Made by a program: the position numbers and the translations under genes
Assembly (NCBI GenBank): GCA_046583355.1
Contig: JAYGCM010000084.1
Span: 1-24,911 of the forward strand
Reading direction: 5' to 3'
Length of the DNA stretch: 24,911 bases
From: Deltaproteobacteria bacterium
GTDB taxonomy: Bacteria; Desulfobacterota; Binatia; UBA12015
In this document: in pieces, positions 17,587 to 24,911 of the stretch
Layout of the letters: each line of letters begins with the position of its first letter
Position numbering within the stretch: position 1 is the stretch's first letter
The notes under the pieces: model-generated
Database searches by the model: none
Told to the model about the DNA's origin: nothing
The model's input: only the letters and a program-made list of their open reading frames with translations

Positions 17587-17608
17587 GGCCGAAACAATAA
17601 CGGAAAAA

Positions 17609-18172
17609 TCAGTGAATGCCCGGCCCCGGTGCAATCGAGCTCGGCTCGACGCCAAGGGTGCGAATCGCGCGTTCCCAGACCTCATCCGCAGGCGCCTCGA
17701 AGACCAGCGCGGGGTCGACCGGAATATTCAGCCACGCCGAGGCCAGCAACTCCTCGTCGAGCTGGCCGGGGCCCCAACCGGCGTAGCCAAGCAAAAGGCG
17801 GCTGCGATCGGCGCGGCAAACCGAGGGGTCGCCGCCCATCAGCGCGCGGAGATGTGCCTGCGAGCTCGACATATAGATGCCCTCGCAGACCTGGAGAATA
17901 TCGTCGCTGCTCGGCTCGCCACGGCAGATGAGCCAGCCGCGCTCGGTATTCACCGGCCCACCTTGCCAGGCCGTCAGCTGGATATTGTCGTCGATCGGCT
18001 CATCGAATTCCAGCAAATCAGCGAGATCGACGTCGAGCGGACGGTTCAAGACGAACCCGAGCGCGCCCTCCTCGCTATGGCGGCAGAGCAGCACCACGGC
18101 GCGGTAGAAATTCGGGTCGACCATCTGCGGCATCGCCAGCAGAAGCGTCGGTGCCAATCTCTGCTCTTCCAT
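17609..18172 (-). CDS. yqgE: YqgE/AlgH (UPF0301) family protein
   Basis: 187 aa. [55 protein letters not shown]...W; RBS GAGGAG. Confidence 0.93.
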   Translation of the reverse strand: MEEQRLAPTLLLAMPQMVDPNFYRAVVLLCRHSEEGALGFVLNRPLDVDLADLLEFDEPIDDNIQLTAWQGGPVNTERGWLICRGEPSSDDILQVCEGIYMSSSQAHLRALMGGDPSVCRADRSRLLLGYAGWGPGQLDEELLASAWLNIPVDPALVFEAPADEVWERAIRTLGVEPSSIAPGPGIH

Positions 18173-18252
18173 TTCTCCTCCGAGTCCTCTCCCTGCCCAC
18201 CGATCGCCCAGGCGATTCCCACGTCACCTGAATGGCGACGCGCATCGGGCGC

Positions 18253-18422
18253 AAAAGGTTCAGCCGAATGCGGCCTCCGCTTCGTCCGAGACCTACTGCA
18301 TAACAGAGGGGAGCCGCTTGCCCGCCCCGGGCTTCCCGTCGCTGCGGGCTTGTCCTCAGGCAGGCAGTGGTAGCTCCCTGTCACGGATTCGTAGGCGGAA
18401 CGGTGAGACCGCACTCAGCTGT
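18253..18422 (-). ncRNA. ssrS: rod-shaped non-coding RNA, probable 6S RNA
   Basis: Minus-strand fold by hand: 17-bp closing stem (18421-18405 with 18277-18261, 3 G-U), CCUAC/GUAGG, GGGAGC/GCUCCC, 9-bp UGCCUGCCU/GGGCGGGCA (2 G-U), terminal CCCG/CGGG hairpin. The non-Watson-Crick pairs in these helices are G-U on the minus strand (A-C on plus). The layout GGGAGC...GGCUCCC followed by a small 3' hairpin resembles 6S RNAs. Has its own promoter and a 3' U4 tract. Confidence 0.7.
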
Positions 18423-18428
18423 GCCGCT

Positions 18429-18456
18429 ACGCTACCAGCATGGCGGGACCCAACAA
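18429..18456 (-). promoter_or_regulatory. extended -10 promoter of the rod-shaped RNA
   Basis: Minus strand: TTGTTG (18456-18451), 16 nt, TGg-TAGCGT (18434-18429), 6 nt, predicted +1 A at 18422, one nt before the first base of the closing stem. Confidence 0.6.
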
Positions 18457-18706
18457 AAGCAGATTTCGCAGGAAGGCCTCCGTAGCAAGCGGCGACGAAT
18501 CCGTGCGCGGCACATTCGCTATGTACTATAGCTCGCATACCTCTATAGCGGCTGGGGTTTTCACGGAATATTCCAGAAAAAGCGTTGACCGGACTGGCCC
18601 GGAACGGGGATGGATAGGGCTGTCATTTCACGCGGCCTACCCCCTCTCCCCGCAGCGCCGCCTTTCCCGAAACACCCGCGCCATGAATTCCAAAGGAACA
18701 CCGCCG

Positions 18707-19969
18707 ATGCGAAAGCCCGTCGCCTTCCACCTGCTCTCGTTTGCCCTGGCTCTTCCCCTGTTCAGCCTCATCACCGGCAGCGCAGCCGCCCAGCCTGCCG
18801 ACTCGGCGTGGCCTTCTGTCCACCACGACCGCCAGAACACCGGCCGTTCCGACGAGTTCAACGGTCCACAGGGGCCGAACCCGGAAATCACTTGGCAATA
18901 CAGAAATGCGGCCGGGCGTACGGGCGTGACGGTCGGCCCCGACGGCCATGTCTATGTAGGCGATGGGCGCCAGCCGATCACCAAGCTCCACAAAGATACC
19001 GGCCTGGTTATCTGGAACTCCGGTGCGGGGACGTATTACGGCCAGGCAGATAAATCGACTCCCTCTCTGGGCGCCGACGGCCGGGTCTATATGGGCGAGC
19101 GCGGCAACAATCTGCTCACTGTCGATATGGCCAACGGTGACCTTCTTCTCAAGAAGAAAATCCGCCATGACGGTGATATCCGCACCTCGCCACTGATTCT
19201 TGACGACGGCTCGATCTTCCATTGTTCGGGCGCGCTCGGGCACGGCTGGTGCTACTCGATGCGAGCCGACGCGCCCTCGCGGCCGAACGATCCGTATCAT
19301 TGGTTCAATCCACTCAAAGGCTCGATTCTCAATGTCGCGCCGGCCCTGAGCCACGACGGCGAGATGATTTACGTCTCGCTCGACCGCCGCCGCGTGGTCG
19401 CCCTCACAGCAGAATTCGGCATCGAGCAATGGCGCGTCACGCATACCCGGCGCGGCAGTGGTGGCTCTGTGGCTGACCATTCCCCGGTCGTTGGGGCCGA
19501 TGGCACTGTCTACTTCAACGGGCGCGACGGCATCTCCGCGATCAACCCCACCGACGGCAGCCTGATCTGGCAATGGTCCATGCCGGGACGCGAGCCGATC
19601 CAATCCCGCCCGGCGCTGGGCAGCAATGGCACACTCTACGTCGGCGTCTCGGCCAGGGCCCCGTATGTGGCCGCCATCAGTTCGAGCGGGGAGACCGTCT
19701 GGACCTACCCGATGGCGCGCCGGGGCAGCTTTGTGAACAATAGCGCGGTCATCGGAGCCGACGGTACGGTCTATGTGACCTACCGCAAGGAGCTCATGGC
19801 GTTCGAGGCCGATGGTATCGACCACGATTCCAACCCGGCGACACCCGACCGCGGTGTGCTGAAATGGTCGAAGCTCTTCCCGCGGGTCTTCAAAAACCCG
19901 CTCGCAATCGGCGGTGAGGGGATCCTTTACGTGGTGAACGGCAAATCCGTCTACAAAGTCACCGACTGA
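18707..19969 (+). CDS. secreted PQQ-binding-like beta-propeller repeat protein (BamB-like fold)
   Basis: 420 aa from ATG 18707 (AAGGAA upstream). Signal peptide ending AAA/QP; WPSVHHDRQNTGRS start motif; repeated blades S/TP.(I/V/L)G.DG.VY...(A/S)I...G...W (e.g. SPVVGADGTVY, RPALGSNGTLY, SAVIGADGTVY). Confidence 0.87.
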   Translation: MRKPVAFHLLSFALALPLFSLITGSAAAQPADSAWPSVHHDRQNTGRSDEFNGPQGPNPEITWQYRNAAGRTGVTVGPDGHVYVGDGRQPITKLHKDTGLVIWNSGAGTYYGQADKSTPSLGADGRVYMGERGNNLLTVDMANGDLLLKKKIRHDGDIRTSPLILDDGSIFHCSGALGHGWCYSMRADAPSRPNDPYHWFNPLKGSILNVAPALSHDGEMIYVSLDRRRVVALTAEFGIEQWRVTHTRRGSGGSVADHSPVVGADGTVYFNGRDGISAINPTDGSLIWQWSMPGREPIQSRPALGSNGTLYVGVSARAPYVAAISSSGETVWTYPMARRGSFVNNSAVIGADGTVYVTYRKELMAFEADGIDHDSNPATPDRGVLKWSKLFPRVFKNPLAIGGEGILYVVNGKSVYKVTD

Positions 19970-20211
19970 GGAGCCCGCCGCATAGACGACCCACGGTGCC
20001 TGGAGGTCCGGCCGGAAAGCAGGCCCGCATCCGGGCGAAGAAAGAACGGCAGCTTGCGAGTTCCCTTGTTCCTGACCTTTGCCGGATCTGCTAAGGAAAG
20101 ACGCCCCACGCGACGAAGATCAGACGTGGCCCAACCTCGTCATCGCCTTTGCGCCATTTTCACAACGACCATGGGCCGATTCCTTTCCGTTTCCTTCAGG
20201 AGCCTTTCCCG

Positions 20212-21387
20212 ATGAAGATCAGCATTCTCCTTCCCAGCCTCGCTTCCAACGGTATCGCCAGGGCTTGGATTCTCGCGCGCCTGCTTGAGCGCCATTATGA
20301 GGTCGAAACCCTTGGCTTCCTGCGCCCCGGCGAAGAGGTCTTTCCCTGGTTTGCGCACTACCCCTGGGGAGAGGTCCGAGCCGCCACCATGCGCGAAGGC
20401 ATGCGCGAGATGGAAGCCCGCGTGACCGGCGATATCGTGCTGGCCTATGGCGTCTCGATGACGAGCTTCGGCGTCGGCCTGAACCTCAAACGCAAGAAGG
20501 GCCTCCCACTGATCTTGGATATGCCCGAATGGGAAGTCCACGATCATTGGAAACGCACCAACCCGCTGGACCGCGCGCTCATGATCTCGCGCAACCTCAT
20601 CGGGCCGGGCTGGGACAACGCTCATAGCTTCAAATATCGCTACATCCTCGACCAATTGACCCGCTTTGCCGACGAGAGGCTGGTTTGTTGCCGCTTCCTC
20701 GAAGACCGCTACGGCGGCGTACTCCTGCCGCAGGGTCCAGAAATCGAAAAATTCAACCCGGCCAATTTCGACAAAATGGAATTGCGTCGAAAATGGGGCA
20801 TCCCCGAGGAGTCGACGATCGTCTTCTTTGGCGGCAACCCGATGCCGAATAAGGGTGTCGACGACACCATCAACGCCATCAACGCGCTGGGCGATAAAGC
20901 CAACGCGAAGTTGGTGATCGTGGGCCGCGACGCGACCCATCCCTATACGAAGAAAATGATCGAGTCCTCGCCGGGCAACGTGATTGCCTTGGGCCCACAG
21001 CCCTTTGACCTCATGCCGGAACTGCTTGCGACAGCCGATCTCGTCGCATTGCCGCAGACGCGCAAAGAGCCAAAATCACTCGGCTATATTCCCTGCAAGC
21101 TCTATGAAGCGATGGCGATGGAGCTGCCCGTGATCTCCTCCGATCTCTGCGATCTACCCGAGATCCTGCAAGGCTGCGGCTACGTCGTTCCGCCCGACGA
21201 CAACGCGGCATTGCAGGCGAAGATCGAATACGTCCTCACGCATCCCGAGGAGGCCAAGGAGATGGGTCGCAAGGCGCGCCAATGTATCATCGAGCGCTAT
21301 AGCTGGGATCAAATGGACGTGATTCTCCACGACGCCGTGGAATCCGTGATTGAGAAGCGCGGACTGCGAGCGCGCAAAGCGGCTTAA
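20212..21387 (+). CDS. glycosyltransferase family 4 (GT-B) protein
   Basis: 391 aa from ATG 20212 (AGGAG RBS). N-terminal MKISILL, IVFFGGNPMPNKGVD, PCKLYEAMAMELPVISSD and C-terminal MGRKAR...YSW. Confidence 0.92.
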   Translation: MKISILLPSLASNGIARAWILARLLERHYEVETLGFLRPGEEVFPWFAHYPWGEVRAATMREGMREMEARVTGDIVLAYGVSMTSFGVGLNLKRKKGLPLILDMPEWEVHDHWKRTNPLDRALMISRNLIGPGWDNAHSFKYRYILDQLTRFADERLVCCRFLEDRYGGVLLPQGPEIEKFNPANFDKMELRRKWGIPEESTIVFFGGNPMPNKGVDDTINAINALGDKANAKLVIVGRDATHPYTKKMIESSPGNVIALGPQPFDLMPELLATADLVALPQTRKEPKSLGYIPCKLYEAMAMELPVISSDLCDLPEILQGCGYVVPPDDNAALQAKIEYVLTHPEEAKEMGRKARQCIIERYSWDQMDVILHDAVESVIEKRGLRARKAA

Positions 21388-21407
21388 GCAGCTGGAAAAC
21401 GAGATCC

Positions 21408-22562
21408 CTAGAAAATCTCGGGCTCGACGCCGAGCGCCGGCTTGGCGACTTCGACAAAATTACGCTCATCGAAGACCTGATGGCCGACGCCGATACAGAG
21501 ATCGCGGAAGCAGCGCTGGAGAAGGCTCGGGTTGCGCATGCCGGCACTGCCCGAGGCCTCCCAGGCAAAGCTGGCCGCGGCCTTGGCGATCTGCGCCGTA
21601 TAAGTCGCGGCCGCTCGAGTCTCGCGCAGGTGGACCATCAACTCGGTGCCGCGTGCGCCATTCGCCCACGCGGCCACGGCGGCTCGATAGGCGTCGCGCG
21701 CAAGCAGGCGTGCCGCCCTGAGTGCCGTTGCGTGACGGCCGAAATCGCGCTGGAAGGTCGGCTGCTCGCGCAGCGGCAATGAGCCGAGGCGGATGCGTCC
21801 CGAGCGCGCCAACTCAGCTACCTCATGCAAGGCGCGGCGCGCGACACCAATCGCCCAGGCCGTCGAAGAAATCGTGCCCAATACGATCGGCCCGAGGCCG
21901 AAGATCGCACCGCCGGTAATCACGGGCGGCTCGAAGAGGAGAAAGGTTCGGCCGTCCTCGACGAATTGCAGGGGCACATCGAAGTCCACACTACCGGTGC
22001 CACATAGGCCCATGACATCCCAGTTTCCCTTGAACTCGACACGGTCGCTGGGAACGATGAACCCGCGGATCTCGGGGAGCCCGTCGATGAAGGGCGCCAT
22101 TTCGCCATCCACCATGACCATCGCGGCGCCACCCATGAACTCGGCGTGTCCCGATCCGCTACCAAATTTATAATTGCCCGAAACCTCGAAGCCACCCTCT
22201 TTGCGTGCCGCCGTACCGAGCGGCGCAAACATTCCCGCGGCCGCCCGGGCCGCCGCGAGCGGACGCGCGAACTCCGGGGCGAGGTAGGCCGAATAGGCCA
22301 GCACGCTGGTATTCTGCGCAAACGACCAGCCCACCGAGCCATCGGCAAAGGCAAGCTCCTCACAAACGTCGATGATCGTATCCACATCGGCTTCGTGGCC
22401 GCCCAGGTCGGCCGGCGTATAGAGGCGGAAAAGGTCTGCCTCGACCAGAGCATCGACGATGGCGAGAGTCATCGCCCCGCCTTCTTCTACTGCCTGAGCC
22501 TCGGATTCAATCAGCGCGCGCAAATTACGCGCGGCTTGGGGAAGATTCACGGTATCAGCCAT
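21408..22562 (-). CDS. acyl-CoA dehydrogenase-fold flavin-dependent monooxygenase, oxygenase component (HsaA/HpaH-like)
   Basis: 384 aa from ATG 22562. P..LGGHE, DGSVGW, GNYKFGSGSGHA, WDVMGLCGTGS.D and C-terminal LLQRCFRD...GH. Confidence 0.85.
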   Translation of the reverse strand: MADTVNLPQAARNLRALIESEAQAVEEGGAMTLAIVDALVEADLFRLYTPADLGGHEADVDTIIDVCEELAFADGSVGWSFAQNTSVLAYSAYLAPEFARPLAAARAAAGMFAPLGTAARKEGGFEVSGNYKFGSGSGHAEFMGGAAMVMVDGEMAPFIDGLPEIRGFIVPSDRVEFKGNWDVMGLCGTGSVDFDVPLQFVEDGRTFLLFEPPVITGGAIFGLGPIVLGTISSTAWAIGVARRALHEVAELARSGRIRLGSLPLREQPTFQRDFGRHATALRAARLLARDAYRAAVAAWANGARGTELMVHLRETRAAATYTAQIAKAAASFAWEASGSAGMRNPSLLQRCFRDLCIGVGHQVFDERNFVEVAKPALGVEPEIF

Positions 22563-22652
22563 ACAGAGAAAATAGTGGCACGGACGCAAAGTGCAACGAT
22601 GGCCCGCGCGTCAGGTGTTGCAGTTTCCGGCAAAGCCTCTACGAGACTCTGC

Positions 22653-23081
22653 ATGATCGAAAAAACGATTGCCAAATGGCACCAGCATCTGCGTGGCGAG
22701 CTGCCCGGCGGCCTCGACGAATTGCTGCATGAAGATTGTGTCTTTTTCTCGCCCGTGGTCTTCACGCCGCAGAAGGGCCGAACCCTCACCAAGCTCTACC
22801 TCGAGGCGGCCAGCCAGGCGCTCCCCGGCGAGACAGGCGATGCTAAGAACCCCAGCAGCGGTGCGGGCAGCTTCCGCTATACGAAGAAAATTTTCATGGG
22901 CCACCAGGCCGCACTGGAGTTCGAGACCACAGTCGATGGTAAATCGGTCAATGGAATCGATATCATCACCTGCGACGACGCCGGCCAGATCACCGAATTC
23001 CGCGTGATGATCCGCCCGCTCCAGGCCGTGAACGCGGTCCACCGTCAGATGCAGGCCTTGCTCAAGTCCATGCAGAGCTGA
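22653..23081 (+). CDS. NTF2-like / SnoaL-like domain protein
   Basis: 142 aa from ATG 22653. LDELLHEDCVFFSPVVFTPQKG, ALEFET...VNGIDII and ITEFRVMIRPL. Confidence 0.88.
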   Translation: MIEKTIAKWHQHLRGELPGGLDELLHEDCVFFSPVVFTPQKGRTLTKLYLEAASQALPGETGDAKNPSSGAGSFRYTKKIFMGHQAALEFETTVDGKSVNGIDIITCDDAGQITEFRVMIRPLQAVNAVHRQMQALLKSMQS

Positions 23082-23149
23082 CGCGCCCGGAGCGTCGGGC
23101 AGGGGCAAGAACCGGGTAGGGTTCCCAGCTCTCATCGCCGTGCACCCCT

Positions 23150-24910
23150 TCAGTTGCCCACTGCCTCCACATAGCTGCGGAGATCTTCGAGCTCCGCAAT
23201 CAAGGCAAGCTTCTGCCCATCCGAGATACGTCCCCGCAGAGCCCAGCGAGTGAAATTACGTTCGGTTTTGGTGATCCGCGCGCCCGCCTTCTTCAAGCGC
23301 TTCGCCGCCAGCGAATCACTTCCGTTGATGATCGCCTGGTGGGCCCGGTGCAGATCGCTCGAAATGCGGAAGAATTTCCGCGCCGCCGTGCGCGGGTTCA
23401 GCTTCGCAGCCGACCCCTCGATCAAAAGACGGGCAAACTCGGCCTTCTCGACCGCACGGCAAAGCGCGATATTGATCGGCTGTCCGGCCTGAACGCATTG
23501 GCAGATATCGCCCACGCTATCCTGATCGATATCGCCCTGCTCCAGATCGACGTCGTAGCGACAGATATCGCAGGCATCGCCGACGCCATCCCCATCCGTA
23601 TCCGCCTGCTCCACGTCCGCGACGCCGGCACACACATCACAGGCGTCTCCGATGCCATCATTGTCGGAATCGGCCTGATCATCCACCAACCCCAAGCAGA
23701 CATCACAGGCGTCGCCGGCAGCATCGCCGTCTCCGTTGTTCTGGTCTGCGTTGGCCGTCGCAACACAATTGTCGCAGACGTTACCGACACCATCAGCATC
23801 GCCATCGGCCTGGTCGGCATTGCTCACGGCCGCGCAATTATCGCAAGCTGAATCGATCCCATCGAGATCACCATCCGTACCCTCGTCGAAGGTGTCCGGG
23901 CAGGAGTCGCAATCGTCACCGATGCCATCGCTATCCGCGTCGGCCTGGTCGGCGTTGGTGAGGAAGATGCAGTTATCCTCATCGTCGCCGATCCCATCAC
24001 CATCGGCATCGCCATCGCATACATCGCCGACACCATCGCTATCAAAATCGACCTGGCTGGCATTTGAAATGGCCGGACAATTGTCGCACACATCACCGAG
24101 ACCATCGCCGTCAGTATCGGCCTGGTCCGCATCAGAGAGCAGGGGACAGATATCGCAAATGTCACCGACTTCGTCGCCGTCCTCATCTTGCTGGAAGGCA
24201 TTGCTCACCGCCGAGCAATTATCGCAGGCATCGCCAACCCCATCGGCGTCAAGGTCGTTCTGGTCGGCGTCGCTGGTCGCAGCGCAAACATCACAAACAT
24301 CGCCTACACCATCCGAGTCGCCATCTTCCTGGTCCGCGTTCGCGACGTTGGTGCAATTATCACACGCGTCACCAACCCCATCCGAGTCAGAATCCGTGCC
24401 TGCGTCCGACACACCCGGGCAGGCATCGCATAGGTCGCCGATACCGTCCGAGTCGCCATCGTTTTGCTCGGCGTTGGCGACTTCCATGCAATTGTCACAG
24501 ATGTCGCCCTGCTGGTCGCCATCGCTATCGGCCTGATCAGCGTTGGCCGTGGTCGAGCAATTATCGCAGACATCGCCAGCCCCATCGCTGTCCTGATCCG
24601 ATTGGCTCGCGTTGCTGATCGCCGGACAATTGTCCTCGCAATCCGCCGTGCCGTCGCTGTCACCGTCGGTGTCAGCAACGCCGCAGCCGCAGATACCAGC
24701 CGCGGTCTTACCGCCATCGGCAGGACAAGCGTCCTGGCAATCGACAGTACCGTCGCTGTCGCTATCGGTGTCGGCAACGCCGCAGCCGCAGATGCCTGCC
24801 TCGGTCTTGTCCGGATCGCTCGCGCACGAATCATTGCAATCGACCGTGCCGTCGCTGTCGCTATCATCATCGGCAATGCCGCAGCCACAGATGCCCGCAT
24901 CGGTCTTGTC
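23150..24910 (-). CDS. thrombospondin type-3 repeat-containing calcium-binding protein, N-terminus outside the window (partial)
   Basis: The frame of the 445-aa ORF stays open for a further 141 codons to the window edge (586 aa visible). It contains DxDxDGxGDxCDNC repeats and ends in a 116-aa basic helical domain. Confidence 0.9.
   Translation of the reverse strand, partial: DKTDAGICGCGIADDDSDSDGTVDCNDSCASDPDKTEAGICGCGVADTDSDSDGTVDCQDACPADGGKTAAGICGCGVADTDGDSDGTADCEDNCPAISNASQSDQDSDGAGDVCDNCSTTANADQADSDGDQQGDICDNCMEVANAEQNDGDSDGIGDLCDACPGVSDAGTDSDSDGVGDACDNCTNVANADQEDGDSDGVGDVCDVCAATSDADQNDLDADGVGDACDNCSAVSNAFQQDEDGDEVGDICDICPLLSDADQADTDGDGLGDVCDNCPAISNASQVDFDSDGVGDVCDGDADGDGIGDDEDNCIFLTNADQADADSDGIGDDCDSCPDTFDEGTDGDLDGIDSACDNCAAVSNADQADGDADGVGNVCDNCVATANADQNNGDGDAAGDACDVCLGLVDDQADSDNDGIGDACDVCAGVADVEQADTDGDGVGDACDICRYDVDLEQGDIDQDSVGDICQCVQAGQPINIALCRAVEKAEFARLLIEGSAAKLNPRTAARKFFRISSDLHRAHQAIINGSDSLAAKRLKKAGARITKTERNFTRWALRGRISDGQKLALIAELEDLRSYVEAVGN
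23501..24634 (-). repeat. tandem array of thrombospondin type-3 repeats (16 units of 22-23 aa plus one of 13 aa)
   Basis: Units such as [23 protein letters not shown] and [23 protein letters not shown], counted by hand. Confidence 0.88.
24635..24910 (-). repeat. 33-aa (99-nt) KTxAGICGCG repeats, about 3 visible copies
   Basis: [33 protein letters not shown] / [33 protein letters not shown] / [26 protein letters not shown]. Confidence 0.88.
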
Positions 24911-24911
24911 C

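Noticed and set aside
18325..18360. CUGAGGA...GAAG on the minus strand resembling a hammerhead ribozyme core
   Set aside because: There is no GAAA, stem II is not adjacent to the CUGANGA box, and no three-way junction forms. It is better explained as the terminal part of the rod RNA.
18440..18706. 89-aa N-terminal extension of the beta-propeller ORF
   Set aside because: It overlaps the ncRNA promoter region, and the signal peptide and RBS point to ATG 18707. Extensions of the MoxR, VWA, CbbQ-like, GT4, oxygenase and SnoaL ORFs were trimmed for similar reasons.
18623..19825. 400-aa minus-strand ORF
   Set aside because: It is the antisense shadow of the beta-propeller gene, which has the signal peptide, RBS and repeat motifs.
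20003..20022. GAGGTCCGGCCGGAAAGCAG resembling the SRP RNA helix-8 motif
   Set aside because: It lacks the GNRA tetraloop and the conserved CAGG/AGCA symmetric loop register, and there is no long flanking helix.
23501..24910. Periodic DNA repeats as a CRISPR array or diversity-generating repeat
   Set aside because: The periodicity (about 69 and 99 nt) is in-frame protein repetition with synonymous variation; there is no constant repeat/unique spacer pattern and no cas or reverse transcriptase gene.

Overview
GC-rich bacterial chromosomal window, tightly packed with 22 protein-coding genes and one probable ncRNA gene. No rRNA, tRNA, CRISPR array, transposase, integrase or phage gene was recognised. 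Gene order: PaaI thioesterase, amidase 1, secreted hypothetical, plsC, spermidine-synthase-like methyltransferase, pyrE, a MoxR AAA+/VWA pair, bioA coupled to amidase 2, an FdI-type ferredoxin, a type-B carboxylesterase, a 1004-aa NorD/CbbO-type VWA protein, an SDR, a secreted hypothetical, a CbbQ/NirQ/NorQ ATPase, yqgE/algH, a ~165-nt rod-shaped RNA (probably 6S RNA), a secreted PQQ-like beta-propeller, a GT4 glycosyltransferase, a flavin-dependent oxygenase of the acyl-CoA dehydrogenase fold, an NTF2/SnoaL protein, and the 3' part of a large thrombospondin type-3 repeat protein. Most notable: (i) a CbbQ/NorQ plus oversized NorD/CbbO-like chaperone pair with no RuBisCO, NO reductase or other known client in the window, next to a second MoxR/VWA pair; (ii) the 6S-like RNA with its own promoter, sitting upstream of yqgE, with an upstream 11-nt perfect complement of its central bubble; (iii) an amidase translationally coupled to a lone bioA; (iv) several genes that look leaderless. 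The repeat proteins suggest a Myxococcota/Binatia-like lineage, but this is inference only. All calls come from motif reading and manual base-pairing, not database searches.
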